Origin: Azolla caroliniana
Lineage: Eukaryota; Plantae; Polypodiophyta
Length of the DNA stretch: 64,000 bases
Direction of reading: 5' to 3'
Assembly (NCBI GenBank): GCA_043228905.1
Contig: JBHGNT010000011.1
Span: 18,476,001 to 18,540,000, forward strand
The position numbers and the translations under genes are program-made. Positions 38,852 through 50,133 of this stretch are shown piece after piece. Numbering within the stretch: position 1 is the first letter of the stretch; every line of letters starts with the position of its first letter. Below the pieces are notes generated by a model. The model did no database searches and was not told where the DNA came from. It saw nothing but the letters and a program-made list of their open reading frames with translations.

Positions 38852-41800
38852 ATGTGTGTGTCTGCCCAAACACAAAGACATATACATATGTGTATTCCAT
38901 TATCTCCAATCCTTCTAGAAGCTTCGCCCATGGCGAGGCAGCAGAAACCCAGTGAAAAGACAGACTTCCTGTGGAAACAATACTTCAAAGATCCTTCCAT
39001 GTGGTACGACCACCGCAACAACAAGGTATGTGTCTCCGTGTGTGTGTGTGTGTGTGTGTCTGTGTATGTAAAGGATCCTCCAATGTGGTATCACTACTCC
39101 GCAACAATAAGGCGTGGTGCTTCTCTGTGTGTGTGTGTGTGTGTGACAGATTAAAAACAGTTTTTTTCTTACCCGCTCAAACCACAAGCTTCGGATCACC
39201 TTCGTTTGATTTATTTTCTAAATTTTTGGCTCCTCCTTTTAAAAATTGATTTACATTCCTATTTCCTTCATAAAGAACAAGACATTCTTGTTTTTCGACA
39301 TAGAATAGCTTTGGATCTCCAGACTTCAGGCATACTATTAGGTACGAGTCTTTGTGGATCCATGGATGGCATAATCCTTCGTGGATCCTTGTTGAAATGC
39401 AAAGGAGAGCATCCTCCAATGAAGATACCAAAGAAATTCATCAAAACGAGTTTCTTTGGAGAAATCATAAGAATGATTTTGCTTTTCTGTTTGTTGCAAT
39501 GCTCAAGGATTGTGCCAAGAAGAAGGATATCTGTAAAGGAAGTAGATTACATGCTCATATCCTCAAAAAAGGATTACTCGAGAAAAGCCCTTACCTAGCT
39601 AGCTCTTTGATCAGCATGTATGCTAAATGTGGTATGCTCACTAAAGCACGAAAAATTCTTCAAGACATGAGTATTCGAGATGTAGTATGCTGGAATGCAT
39701 TGATTACTGGATATGTTGAACAAAGACAATTTCAAGAAGCAGTAGATTGCATGAAAAGTATGGTTAGTGAGGGCCTCTCGCCAAATGTGGTCACCTTCAT
39801 TTGCATTTTGAAGGCATGTGGAAATATGGGAAATGTAGAGAATGGCAGACAAATTCATGAGGACGTTGTGAGTAGAGGGTTACTAGAAGAGGATATTATG
39901 CTTGGAACCGCTTTGGTGGATATGTATGCAAAATGTGGCGCCCTTACAAAAGCACAAGAAGTGCTTGAAGGGCTTCCTGTTAGAAATATAGTTTCTTGGA
40001 ATGCCCTCATTGCAGGGTATGCCCAACAAGGGCAATGCCATGCAGCATGGAACTGTTTCAAACATATGTTACGTGATGGTCTTTCTCCAGACATAGTCAC
40101 ATTCATTTGCATCTTGAAGGCTTGTGGCAGCGCACGAGATCTTGAGAGGGGTGAACAAGTTCATGAAAAGATTGTAACTATGGGCTGGCTAGAGATGGAT
40201 ATTGTGCTTGGAAACGCATTGATTGATATGTATGCCAAATGTGGTGCCCTTGTGAAAGCACAACAAGTACTTCAAGGCCTTCCTATGCGAAATGTTGTCT
40301 CTTGGAATACATTGATTGGAGGGTATGCCCATCATGTGCATTGTCACGGAGCATTAAGCTGTTTCGAATGGATGCAAAGGGAAGGCCAATCTCCTGATGA
40401 AATCACCTTCATTTGCACTTTAAAAGCATGTGGAATCATAGGAGCTATAGATAAGTGCAAGCAAATTCATTATGAGATTACGAGTAGGGGTTTACTAAAG
40501 GAGGATATTGTGCTTGGAAATGCATTGGTGGATGCTTATTCTAAATGTGGAGAGCTTAAAATGGCCCAGGAAGTGCTTGATGAACTTCCTTGTCGAGATG
40601 TAGTCTCTTGGAATGTAATGATTGCAGGATATGCCCAGCAAGAGCAAGGGCACTATGTTTTGGATTGCTTTCAAAGGATGCAAATTGAGGGCCTTTCTCC
40701 AGATGCAATCACTTTCATTAGCATCTTGAAAGCATGTGGCAGCAGAAGAGATATAGATGAGGGCAAACAGATTCATGAAGAGATTCTCAATGCAGGTTTT
40801 CTAAATGAGGATATTTTTCTTGGCAATACATTGGTGGATATGTATGCTAAATGTGGTGTTCTTCCAAGAGCACAACAAATACTTGAAGAGCTTCCTTCCC
40901 GAAATGTAGTCTCTTGGTCTGCACTGATTGCAGGTTACGCCCAACAAGGACAAGCTCACGAAGCATTGAATTGTTTTGAATGTATGCAAAGAGAAGGATT
41001 TTCTGCAGATGAGGTCACACTAATCTCCATCTTGAAGGCATGTGGAAATACTGGAGCTATAGAGAAGGGCATCGAAATTCATGATAAACTTGTCAGTAAG
41101 GGATTGCTAGATAAGGATATCATGCTTGGCACTGCTTTGGTGGATATGTATGTCAAATGTGGTGTGCTTGCAAAAGCACAACAAGTACTTGAAGAGCTTC
41201 CTGTTCGAAATGTAGTTTCATGGTCCGCATTGATTGCAGGACGAGTGCAAAGAGGGCAATGCCGTGAAGCACTCCATTCCTTTGAACAAATGCAAAATGA
41301 GGGTGTCTCTCCAAATGTGGTTACCTTCTTTTGTATCTTGAAAGCCTGTGGCAGCACAGGAAATATAGAGAAGGGAAAGCAAATTCATGAAGTAATAATG
41401 AACAGAGGCATCTTGATCAAAGATGTTGTGCTTGGTGATGCTTTGGTGGACATGTATGTGAAATGTGGTGTGCTTGATAAAGCCCAAGAAGTGCTCGAAG
41501 AGCTTCCTGTACGGAAAGTGGTCTCTTGGAATGCACTGATTTCAGGGTATACCCAACAGGGGCAATGTCATGAAGCACTTAACTGCTTGCAGAGGATGCA
41601 AAGTGAGGGTTTTGCTCCAAATGTAGTCACCTTTGTCTGTATCCTGAAGGCTTGTGGTCACATGGGGGCCATTGATAAGGGCAAACAAGTATATTATGAT
41701 CTTGTAACTAAGGGCTTAATGGAGAAGCACATTGTGTTTGGCAATGCTTTGGTCGATATGTATGCCAAATGTGGCGCTGTTGCAAAAGCGCAACGAGTGC

Positions 41801-42333
41801 TTGAAGACCTTCCTCTTAGAAACATAGTATCTTGGAATACTCTAATTGCAGGGTATGCCCAACAAGGGCAAGGTCACGAAGCACTGACTTGTTTTGAACA
41901 GATGCAAAGTGAGGGGCTCTATCCAGATGATGTTACATTTCTCTGCGTTCTCAGTGCATGCACCCACTCAGGTCTATTAGATGAAGCACAAATGATTTTT
42001 GCCAGTATGACGCGAAGATTTGGGGTCACACCTAATGTAAAGCATCATACATGCATGGTGATCATTTTTGGATACGCGGGGCAGTTTGATGAGGCGATAT
42101 CAGTGATTAAAGTTATGCCTTCTTCTGATTATCTTGCAGTTTGGCTGGCATTGTTAGCAGCTTGTTCAAAATGGGGAAATGTAAACCTTGGGAGATTGGC
42201 ATTTGATCAGGCAATACAGCTAGAAGATGGCTGTGGGGCAGCTTATGTACTTATGGGTAGTACTTTTGCAGCTGCTGGCATGCAAGAGGAGGCAGCAAAG
42301 GTTGAAGCCATGAGACTAATATATGCTGATTGA
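38852..42333 (+). CDS. PLS-class PPR protein (E subgroup) with an N-terminal OSB-type PDF motif; 2 exons, ~1067 aa, start codon uncertain
   Basis: Exon 1 ends at 39025 (…LWKQYFKDPSMWYDHRNNK|GTATG). Exon 2 starts at 39304 (TAG|NSFGSPDFRHTIRYESLWIHGWHNPSWI) in frame with ORF 39352-42333. There are 8 repeats of xxMYAKCG at ~102-aa spacing, then P2-L2-S2 and E1/E2 motifs. Confidence 0.9.
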
Positions 42334-43194
42334 AAGAAACAGGAAAGCAATTCTGTGGGTTGGTTGATACGGTGGACTGACTATTCACGTAGTAATGTTA
42401 CAATGTGGCAGCAATAAGCCATGAAATGTCACAAGAAAACACACTTCTCGGTTATGCATCATGCATTATAAAACTCCCAAAAGATTATGAAATGCCATGC
42501 AAAGCTACAACAATATGCTTGCAAATGTAGCAGCATAACCCACAAAAAAGGTCACAAGCAGCATTCACCTTGACCATGCATTGTGGATCATAAAACATCG
42601 GAGATCTATACTGAGAGACTATGCAATTATGTTTGCAAATGTCGCAACGAGAATGCATGAAATGTCATAAGAAGCGTATTCCTCGACTCTGATTGTGTAT
42701 CAGAAAACACACAAAGTTTACACCCAAGAGATTGAATCTCGCAAAGACATTTTAGCAATGTGTGCGCGATGTGAGGGTAGTTGTCACAAGAAGCATATTT
42801 CTTGGCAACCTTTAACAGTGATGTAGATCTAGTCCTTTCGAGACACTCATTCCTAACCAACTTAGCACTTCCGACGAGTGTCGAAAGAAGCATACTTGCA
42901 AGTACTAGAGTCTTCATCCTTGGTACTTCCAAGTGTTCTTTATGATTGGCCAAACCACTATTCATGAGACAAAGAGTTGAAAAAGCTCAAAAGTTAGAAA
43001 CAAACGCTTGTTTGCTTCTAATTGCAATATTATCTGATGGATAAATTACAAGATTACTTATTGTTAAAATGATTTAAGTTAATCGCATGAAAATTAAGAT
43101 TCGGTATTGTAAAATGTAGTGTCACATTGCACACCACCTAAAATATTTAGTAGTTCCTTAGACAAAATAATTATCAAGACAAATTTATGAAATG

Positions 43195-43242
<48 letters not shown>

Positions 43243-43977
43243 AGCGCTACTCATGTTTTTCTCATATACTTCCCCCTTCTCTACTCATTCAAGCATTGTT
43301 GTGTTGTGTTCGATGCGAGCAGAATCTTGAGTTCTAGTGACCAGTTGTTTGTCTCAATATTGTAACTATTCCATGACATTCTCATAACTGCTACTCAGTT
43401 TCTTTTATGAAATAACACACACACAGACACACCTCTCCCACTCGCTACTCTAATGAGCGTTGTTGTGCTAATGTGAGGAATATACTAAGGAAGTGTTGTG
43501 ATGACCAACTATGTACTTGTCTCCATGAATGCATGCATGGATACAATGATACATATGTACAGAAGACTCATTAAACAATACAAAGGGGAATGATATATAG
43601 AGAGAGAGAGCTAGAAGCTAAGGAAAGCACGAGAAACCCAAGAGGCTGGCTGTACAAAGTCTCGCTGAAGATGTGGAATGATGGATTATGATCCGAATGC
43701 ATCAGATGGAATGCTTCTCAAAATGTTGTTACGAGCGTGAAGTGCTGAACAGAAATGCATGTATGGGTTTTTGTTTGTTTGGTAGGAGACGTCGTATGGT
43801 CCGACCGAGGTTGGTTGTTGCAGTGGAAGGATCTCATGGGGATGTTCCGCAAGTGCATTTCTTCAGATCCTCATGCAGATCTCGGACATGAGTGGCGGGG
43901 AGAGATAGCGACAGAGCGCAATCTCTTTGATGTTCATTTGAAACCCATGTTCTCATGCTGGCTATGGACTGCCAAGT

Positions 43978-46368
43978 ATGCTTTGGAGATGCAGGGTCCA
44001 CAACAACCACAGAAAGGCTTCATCAGAGATAGAGTCAAAAAGCATGGTTAAGTCCTGCAACCCTCTCTTTGCGAGTTATAGCAAAAGCAAATATCCTAAA
44101 CAACCAATGCAGTGGGATGACAGGCCGTTATCTCCCTCTTCCCACACTTGTGTCACACTTCTTAAGTCTTGTGCCAAGCTTCAAGACTTAGAAAAATGTA
44201 TCTCCATCCATAAGGACATTGTAAAGTTAGGGTTTCTAGACAATGACCTTTTTGTTGGTAGTTCCTTGGTGGATACTTATGCCAAATGTGGTTCAATTGT
44301 TAGAGCTCAAGATGCTTTTGATAACCTTACCAGACGAGAGGTTGTCTCATGGACAGCATTGTTGTCTGGATATGTCCGCCATGGCTATAATGACCAGGCA
44401 ATAGAGCTCTTTGAAAGTATGTTATTCGAGGGTATCTCGCCGAATGCTCACACATATGTTTGTATGTTGAAAGCTTGTGGAAATCTTGGATCAACTAAAA
44501 GGGTCCTAGAATTACATGAAGAAATGGAAAAGAAAAGATTGCTTGATGACAATGACCCTTTTGTTGGCTCTGCATTGATCAATATCTATAGTAAATGTGG
44601 ATTGCTTGCAAAAGCTCAGCACGTGTTCAACAAATTTCCAGTTAGAGACGTTGTATCATGGACAGCACTTATTTCGGGATATGTTGAACATGATTATGTA
44701 GAAGAAGCACTTCATTGTTTCCGGCAAATGAAATTTGAGCATGTTCAACCGAACATTGTTTCATATGTTTGTGTTGTCAAAGCTTGCACTAGTGTAGGAG
44801 CCATTGATGTTGGACAAGAAATACATGGAGAGATTGAAAGAAGGGGGTTGTTTCAAAAAGACCTTATTGTGGGCAATGTTCTAGTGGATATGTATGCCAA
44901 ATGTGGTTATCTTATCCTGGCGAAAGAAGTGTTCGACAAGCTTTATACAAGAGATGTCATCTCATGGACTTCGCTTATTGCAGGATATGCTGACCATGGG
45001 CACGAAAAGGAAGCACTCAAATGTTTTGAGAAGATGCAATGTGATAGTGTCTCTCCTAATCCCGTCACTCTTATCTCTTGTTTAAAAGCTTGTTGTAGCC
45101 TTGAAGCCATTGACAAAGTTCGAGAACTACACGGCGAGATTGAAAGAAAAGGGTTATTAGAGAAAAATGTTATTCTGGCTAACACTTTGATTGATATGTA
45201 CGCCAAGCATGGATTTCTCTCCATAGCACAAGGAGTGTTTGATGAGCTTCAGACCCGGGATGTAATCACATGGACCACACTTATTGTAGGGTATACTGAT
45301 TATGGATATGGGACAGAAGCTATTCGATGTTTTGAACAGATGCAACTTGATGGTGTTCCTCCAAACGTCGTTACTGTCATTTGTACCTTGAAAGCTTGTA
45401 CTAGCGTAGGAGCCATTCATAAGGGACAGATGATACACACAGAAATAAAAAAGCACACACTTTTAGAAAAAAATCTTGTCATTAACAATGCATTGATCGA
45501 TATGTATGCTAAATGTGGCCTTCTTAACATAGCAAGGCATGTATTTGATGAGCTTCCCATCCAAGATGGGGTGTCATGGGCATCTCTTATCTTAGGATAT
45601 GCAGAACATGGGCATGAGGAGGAAGCTCTAAAGTGTTACGAAATGATGCAAATAGATGGCGTTCTCCCCGATGCCGTTATATTCATGAGCATCTTGAAAG
45701 CATGCAGCATCATCGGCGCAACTGCCAAAGGCATTCAGATACATGCACAAATTGAAAGGCAGGGGTTGTTGGAAATGAATCTTGCAGTGGGTAATACTTT
45801 GATCGATATGTATGCGAAAAGTGGGTCACCAACAAGAGCACAGCATGTTTTTGATCGGCTTCAAATTCGGGATGTGGTCTCATGGAATGCTTTACTCACA
45901 GGATACGCTCAATCCGGAGAAAGTGACCATGTTTTCCATTTCTTTGAGAAGATGCTTGGACAAGGTATAGAACCAGACCTGGTTTCCTTTCTAGTTGTAA
46001 TGTGTGCATGTACCAGGAATGGCCTATTTCATAAGAGCAAAACATATTTTGAGACCATGACCAAAGACTATGGTATGATTCCGACCATCAAACATCAAAG
46101 TTGTATGGTTGATCTTCTAGGTCGTATGGGTGAGGTGGACAAGGCGGTCGAAATTATAAAGAAGATGCCATTATGCCCTAATCTTGTTGTTTGGCATACT
46201 GTATTAGGTGCTTCTAGATATTGGGGCAGTGCAAGCATTGGAAAACAGGCATTCGAAAAAGCCATACATTTAGATAAGAATGATGCCGTAGCGTATATTA
46301 TGATGTCCCACATCCTCGCAAGCATGGATTTTGAAGATAACAAAATGTTGAGAGCGACAAAGTTGTAA
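43978..46368 (+). CDS. PLS-class PPR protein, E subgroup, truncated in E2 with no DYW domain; 796 aa
   Basis: A single ORF has 6 xxYxK(C/H/S)G repeat units and VVSWTAL/ITWTTL P motifs, followed by P2-L2-S2 and E1 (PNLVVWHTVLGASR). Confidence 0.92.
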   Translation: MLWRCRVHNNHRKASSEIESKSMVKSCNPLFASYSKSKYPKQPMQWDDRPLSPSSHTCVTLLKSCAKLQDLEKCISIHKDIVKLGFLDNDLFVGSSLVDTYAKCGSIVRAQDAFDNLTRREVVSWTALLSGYVRHGYNDQAIELFESMLFEGISPNAHTYVCMLKACGNLGSTKRVLELHEEMEKKRLLDDNDPFVGSALINIYSKCGLLAKAQHVFNKFPVRDVVSWTALISGYVEHDYVEEALHCFRQMKFEHVQPNIVSYVCVVKACTSVGAIDVGQEIHGEIERRGLFQKDLIVGNVLVDMYAKCGYLILAKEVFDKLYTRDVISWTSLIAGYADHGHEKEALKCFEKMQCDSVSPNPVTLISCLKACCSLEAIDKVRELHGEIERKGLLEKNVILANTLIDMYAKHGFLSIAQGVFDELQTRDVITWTTLIVGYTDYGYGTEAIRCFEQMQLDGVPPNVVTVICTLKACTSVGAIHKGQMIHTEIKKHTLLEKNLVINNALIDMYAKCGLLNIARHVFDELPIQDGVSWASLILGYAEHGHEEEALKCYEMMQIDGVLPDAVIFMSILKACSIIGATAKGIQIHAQIERQGLLEMNLAVGNTLIDMYAKSGSPTRAQHVFDRLQIRDVVSWNALLTGYAQSGESDHVFHFFEKMLGQGIEPDLVSFLVVMCACTRNGLFHKSKTYFETMTKDYGMIPTIKHQSCMVDLLGRMGEVDKAVEIIKKMPLCPNLVVWHTVLGASRYWGSASIGKQAFEKAIHLDKNDAVAYIMMSHILASMDFEDNKMLRATKL

Positions 46369-47628
46369 CAAATGTTCATCTGTTATAGCACAAAGTATTG
46401 GTGCAAACACTTCCAAAAGCTCCAAAGAACTGTCTCTTAGACATCGAGGGGGATTATACTAGAGATCACAAATGGTTCCTTTTAGAGAAATGGCTATTTA
46501 ACATATGCAGTCTATGGATAGAGAAGCCAAATCATAAATGTCTCTTCAAATTTCATAGAAGGCATGATCTACCTGACGCCAATGTGTTGTGGTGGATTAT
46601 ACTTACATTGTTTTGAAACTATTTTGTGATGGAGCATATTATATCAAGCTATTCATGTGAAAAGAGATCATGGAGATGATAGGACTGAATACTAAAACAT
46701 TGGATTCATGTTTTGTAAAAATGGTTCCAGAGTCTAAACCCTAAACCTATGTACCAAAGTAAGCTATATAGACTAAAGACAATTCAGGAAGAGATATAGA
46801 CTAAAGACAGTTAAGGAAGACAATTCCTCGACAAAGGTAGCAATGGAGGAAGACTAGATACAATGAATGTACGCTGGCAAGTCAAGAACTTCAGCTATTT
46901 TGTAATTATATAAAGTAACATTGATTCTGAATTATTTATGTTCTCATGTATATGCATTTTTGGATTTACTATATTTATGATTATTCTATCTTTTCAAAAT
47001 ATAAGAGCTAAAGGTGATATTATGTTGCAGATGTTCTTTCTCTACGACATGGTCTGATGTAAAAAAACTACCCCTGAATCCACAAATAACGACTTGTAAT
47101 ACCGAAATGTGGCAATTGGTAAGTAGTAAGTACCACAATTTGGTATATTGCCATGAGTTGAAGATATTCCAAAATTTGATGGAAAGATCCACTCAGACAA
47201 TTTCTGAGATTTGGACAGATTGTGCATAATCGAAGGGGTTCTTTGGATAATAAAAAGGGTAACACTCAATGGGTAGAGTTACAATGATAGGAGTCTCATT
47301 CCATCTGGGACAAAGGAATATTTTATAGGTGGTTTTTTGAAAAGGTGGGAGTGGTTTTACTCTACACTTAGTATTTATTTAAGAAGATAGTTAGAACTTA
47401 ACCTTGATAAAAAAACAATGTCTGTACTACACTACATGTACAGCCTTAGGGCGTTCCTTAGTACTATTGTAGCATCTTTTCTTGGAAAGAAAGAAAAAAG
47501 GTGATGTTATGTTATGTTATATTATATGAGAGCTAAAGATGATGTTATATTATATTTATTATTATCCACATGACCCAATTGATCCATAGGAACGAGAGAC
47601 ATATCCCACCTTAGTCACATTTGAAATA

Positions 47629-47890
47629 CCTCACCACAATGGTATACATGCAATTTGTTATTATTATTATTATATAGACACAAAGCTACCTTACCACAAT
47701 GGTATACATGCAATTTGTTATAATTATTATTACATAGACTCAAAGTTACCTTGCCACAATGGTATACATGCAATTTGTTATTATTATTATTATATAGACA
47801 CAAAGCTACCTTACCACAATGGTATACATGGAATTTGTTGCTGTTATTATTATTATTATATAGACACAGCGTTATCTTACCACTATATAA
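47629..47890. repeat. 60-bp tandem repeat, ~4.3 copies
   Basis: CCTTACCACAATGGTATACATGCAATTTGTTATTATTATTATTATATAGACACAAAGCTA repeats with period 60. Confidence 0.95.
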
Positions 47891-48406
47891 CATTGCCATA
47901 AATATTTGGAGTATGACCAATGGGACCAAAGTGAAATTATGGAGTCAATGAGTGATCCCTGGTGCTCAAGAATTTTACTTACAAACCTTACAAAGTTACA
48001 ATTGAGATATGAACTGTCAAATCTCTTGCCCCTAGAATAATATGATAGATATTGATGTCTTGCATACATATTTGGACATGTAAATATTCTATATCACTTT
48101 TTTAGTGCTAGACTTGGATAAAGGGAGTGAGGGGAGTGTTGGAAAATGTTATAATGGTTTCACTTTCAATGGATAAATGTTGTACAGTCTAGTCAACCTT
48201 CATCAATTCCTTCCACACAACTTGCATTTGTAGAATCCCTTAGGAATGTGTGCTTGTCGTTGCCATTTTTCCCCACGTAAGTGTTTTGGTTTTTCCAAGT
48301 TGCAAACATCGTACTGTAAATGAGCAAAATATTTCAATCAAAATTATAAATAGTTGAACTAAGTTCATTACCTTAAGATTATTTCTAATTTCATGAATAG
48401 TATGCA

Positions 48407-48575
48407 GGGATTAGGAGATGATATAACAAATATTTCTAATTGAATTAGGGAAGAAAATGTTAGAAGAGACAAATAAAGATTCAAATAGAAGGGGATTAGG
48501 AGATGATATAACAAATATTTCCAATTGAATTAGGGAAGAAAATGTTAGAAAAGACAAATAAAGATTCAAATAGAA
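48407..48575. repeat. ~85-bp tandem duplication
   Basis: GGGATTAGGAGATGATATAACAAATATTTC.AATTGAATTAGGGAAG...GATTCAAATAGAAG occurs twice. Confidence 0.93.
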
Positions 48576-49475
48576 GCTCGACATTAAACGAGATAGTGTC
48601 TTTTGATATTATGGGTTTTTGTATTTTAATAATAACATCTATCAAAGACAAAATGTGACATTAGAAAGGGTTTTGAGTGCGCATTAAGACAAAGCATATG
48701 AAAAAAGGTATTGTCTTTTTTAGGATAATAAAAAGGAGAGCACAAGAACTCATGAAGATAACATATAATGACCAAATTGTTTTGGTCAATAGCTAAAAAA
48801 CATCAAGAAAATTCTGTTTTGCATCTTACAAGCTTTAAGCTACTTTCTTGAATAAGGTGGACTATAACCTGGCCCGTTTACATAGTTAATCCACTTAAAA
48901 AAGTATCAAAATTTTATATTATGATCATGCTTCTCTACTCATATCACTTGGATATGTTAAAGTTTTCAGACTCAGAATGCAAAACACAAGCAATTGACAC
49001 TTAAAAAGCAATTTCTTCGATGTGAGGAGTATGGTTCCAACACCAAAATGAGAACCATACATTATGTACAAAAGCTCAAAGTCCAATCACAATGTATAAC
49101 CCAACCCCCATGTACGAAACCTACAAATATAGCTAGGACATGGGTAGGATGACCATATATTTGATATTTGGAAGTTCAAAATCAATTTCATCTTTTCATG
49201 GTTCACGTTTTAGAGTCATCATACATGGAAACAACATTTTAGTAGGTTTAATTGAATTCTTAAAAGTAGCAAGAGACTCTTTCTCATCTTAAATTTTTCT
49301 CTTAACTTTTCGGGTGAGTTATTCCATAATGTCAAGTTTTTTTTTAGGTGTTGGAAAATCATCATATCTTGGTTCATGGCTCGAATTGGACAAGATGCAT
49401 ACAAAAGGCTTTTTTAAATTTTAAATTTAACGATTGGACACACAATCACACCTGTATATATGTAAATTTACACAC

Positions 49476-50133
49476 TCATACATCCAAAAGACACCCATGG
49501 TACACACCAAAATACCTCAATTGGATACGAAATTGATTCGTTGAAGGTTGGGGCGGGTAGTAAGGACCTTCATCAAATCCTTCACATATCACTTCACCAG
49601 ACTCATCGTGGTAGCACACAATGCCTTTGCTCTCATCGGAGAATACCTGTTGTTGGCAACACTTACTACCATTATATACATCTACTTGTATCATATGAAA
49701 GGTAAAACCATTATTTCAAACTTTGTCACTAAAGGAAGTAATATAGTGTTTATATGTTTGTTACTAGACAAAACCAACCAAAGCATGCCCATTTTTTTTG
49801 TGTAGTTTGTGTATCTCTACGTTAAAAAGCAGACTCATTTTGAAGGGTTTGAGAAAAAACTCCCACCAATTGTGTGGTCGTCAAAATAGGCTTGGGGACG
49901 ATCAGAGTCGATAGTCGTGACCTTCGTCGAGACATTATTCCGGCGGGACCATGAGTTGCCATTAATTGTTGATCATGAACCTCTGAATATTGCTTTGCAT
50001 TGAATGAAAGGCAAGGATCCATTGGCATTGATGAGGATGATGAAGAAGAAGAGGAGGAAGAGGAGGAAGAAGAAGAAGAAGAAGAAATAGAGAAATAGGA
50101 AGCAAGATAAGAGCTGCTTCTAAGGAGAGCCAT
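49476..50133 (-). CDS. Small conserved plant protein of unknown function (GIVCY-x-DESGEVICEGFDEGP motif) with a Ser-rich transit-peptide-like N-terminus
   Basis: Exon 1 is 50133-49867 (GT donor) and exon 2 starts at 49646 (CAG|VFSDESKGIVCYHDESGEVICEGFDEGP). The 3' end is either the stop at 49476 or a splice at 49529 to a last exon ending at 49219. Confidence 0.7.

Noticed and set aside
39595-46379. Short antisense and alternate-frame ORFs within the PPR genes
   Set aside because: They are shadows of the repetitive PPR coding sequence. The same applies to 55436-56598.
47629-47890. 60-bp periodic array and its ORFs
   Set aside because: It is a plain minisatellite with no unique spacers, and the ORFs are by-products of the repeat.
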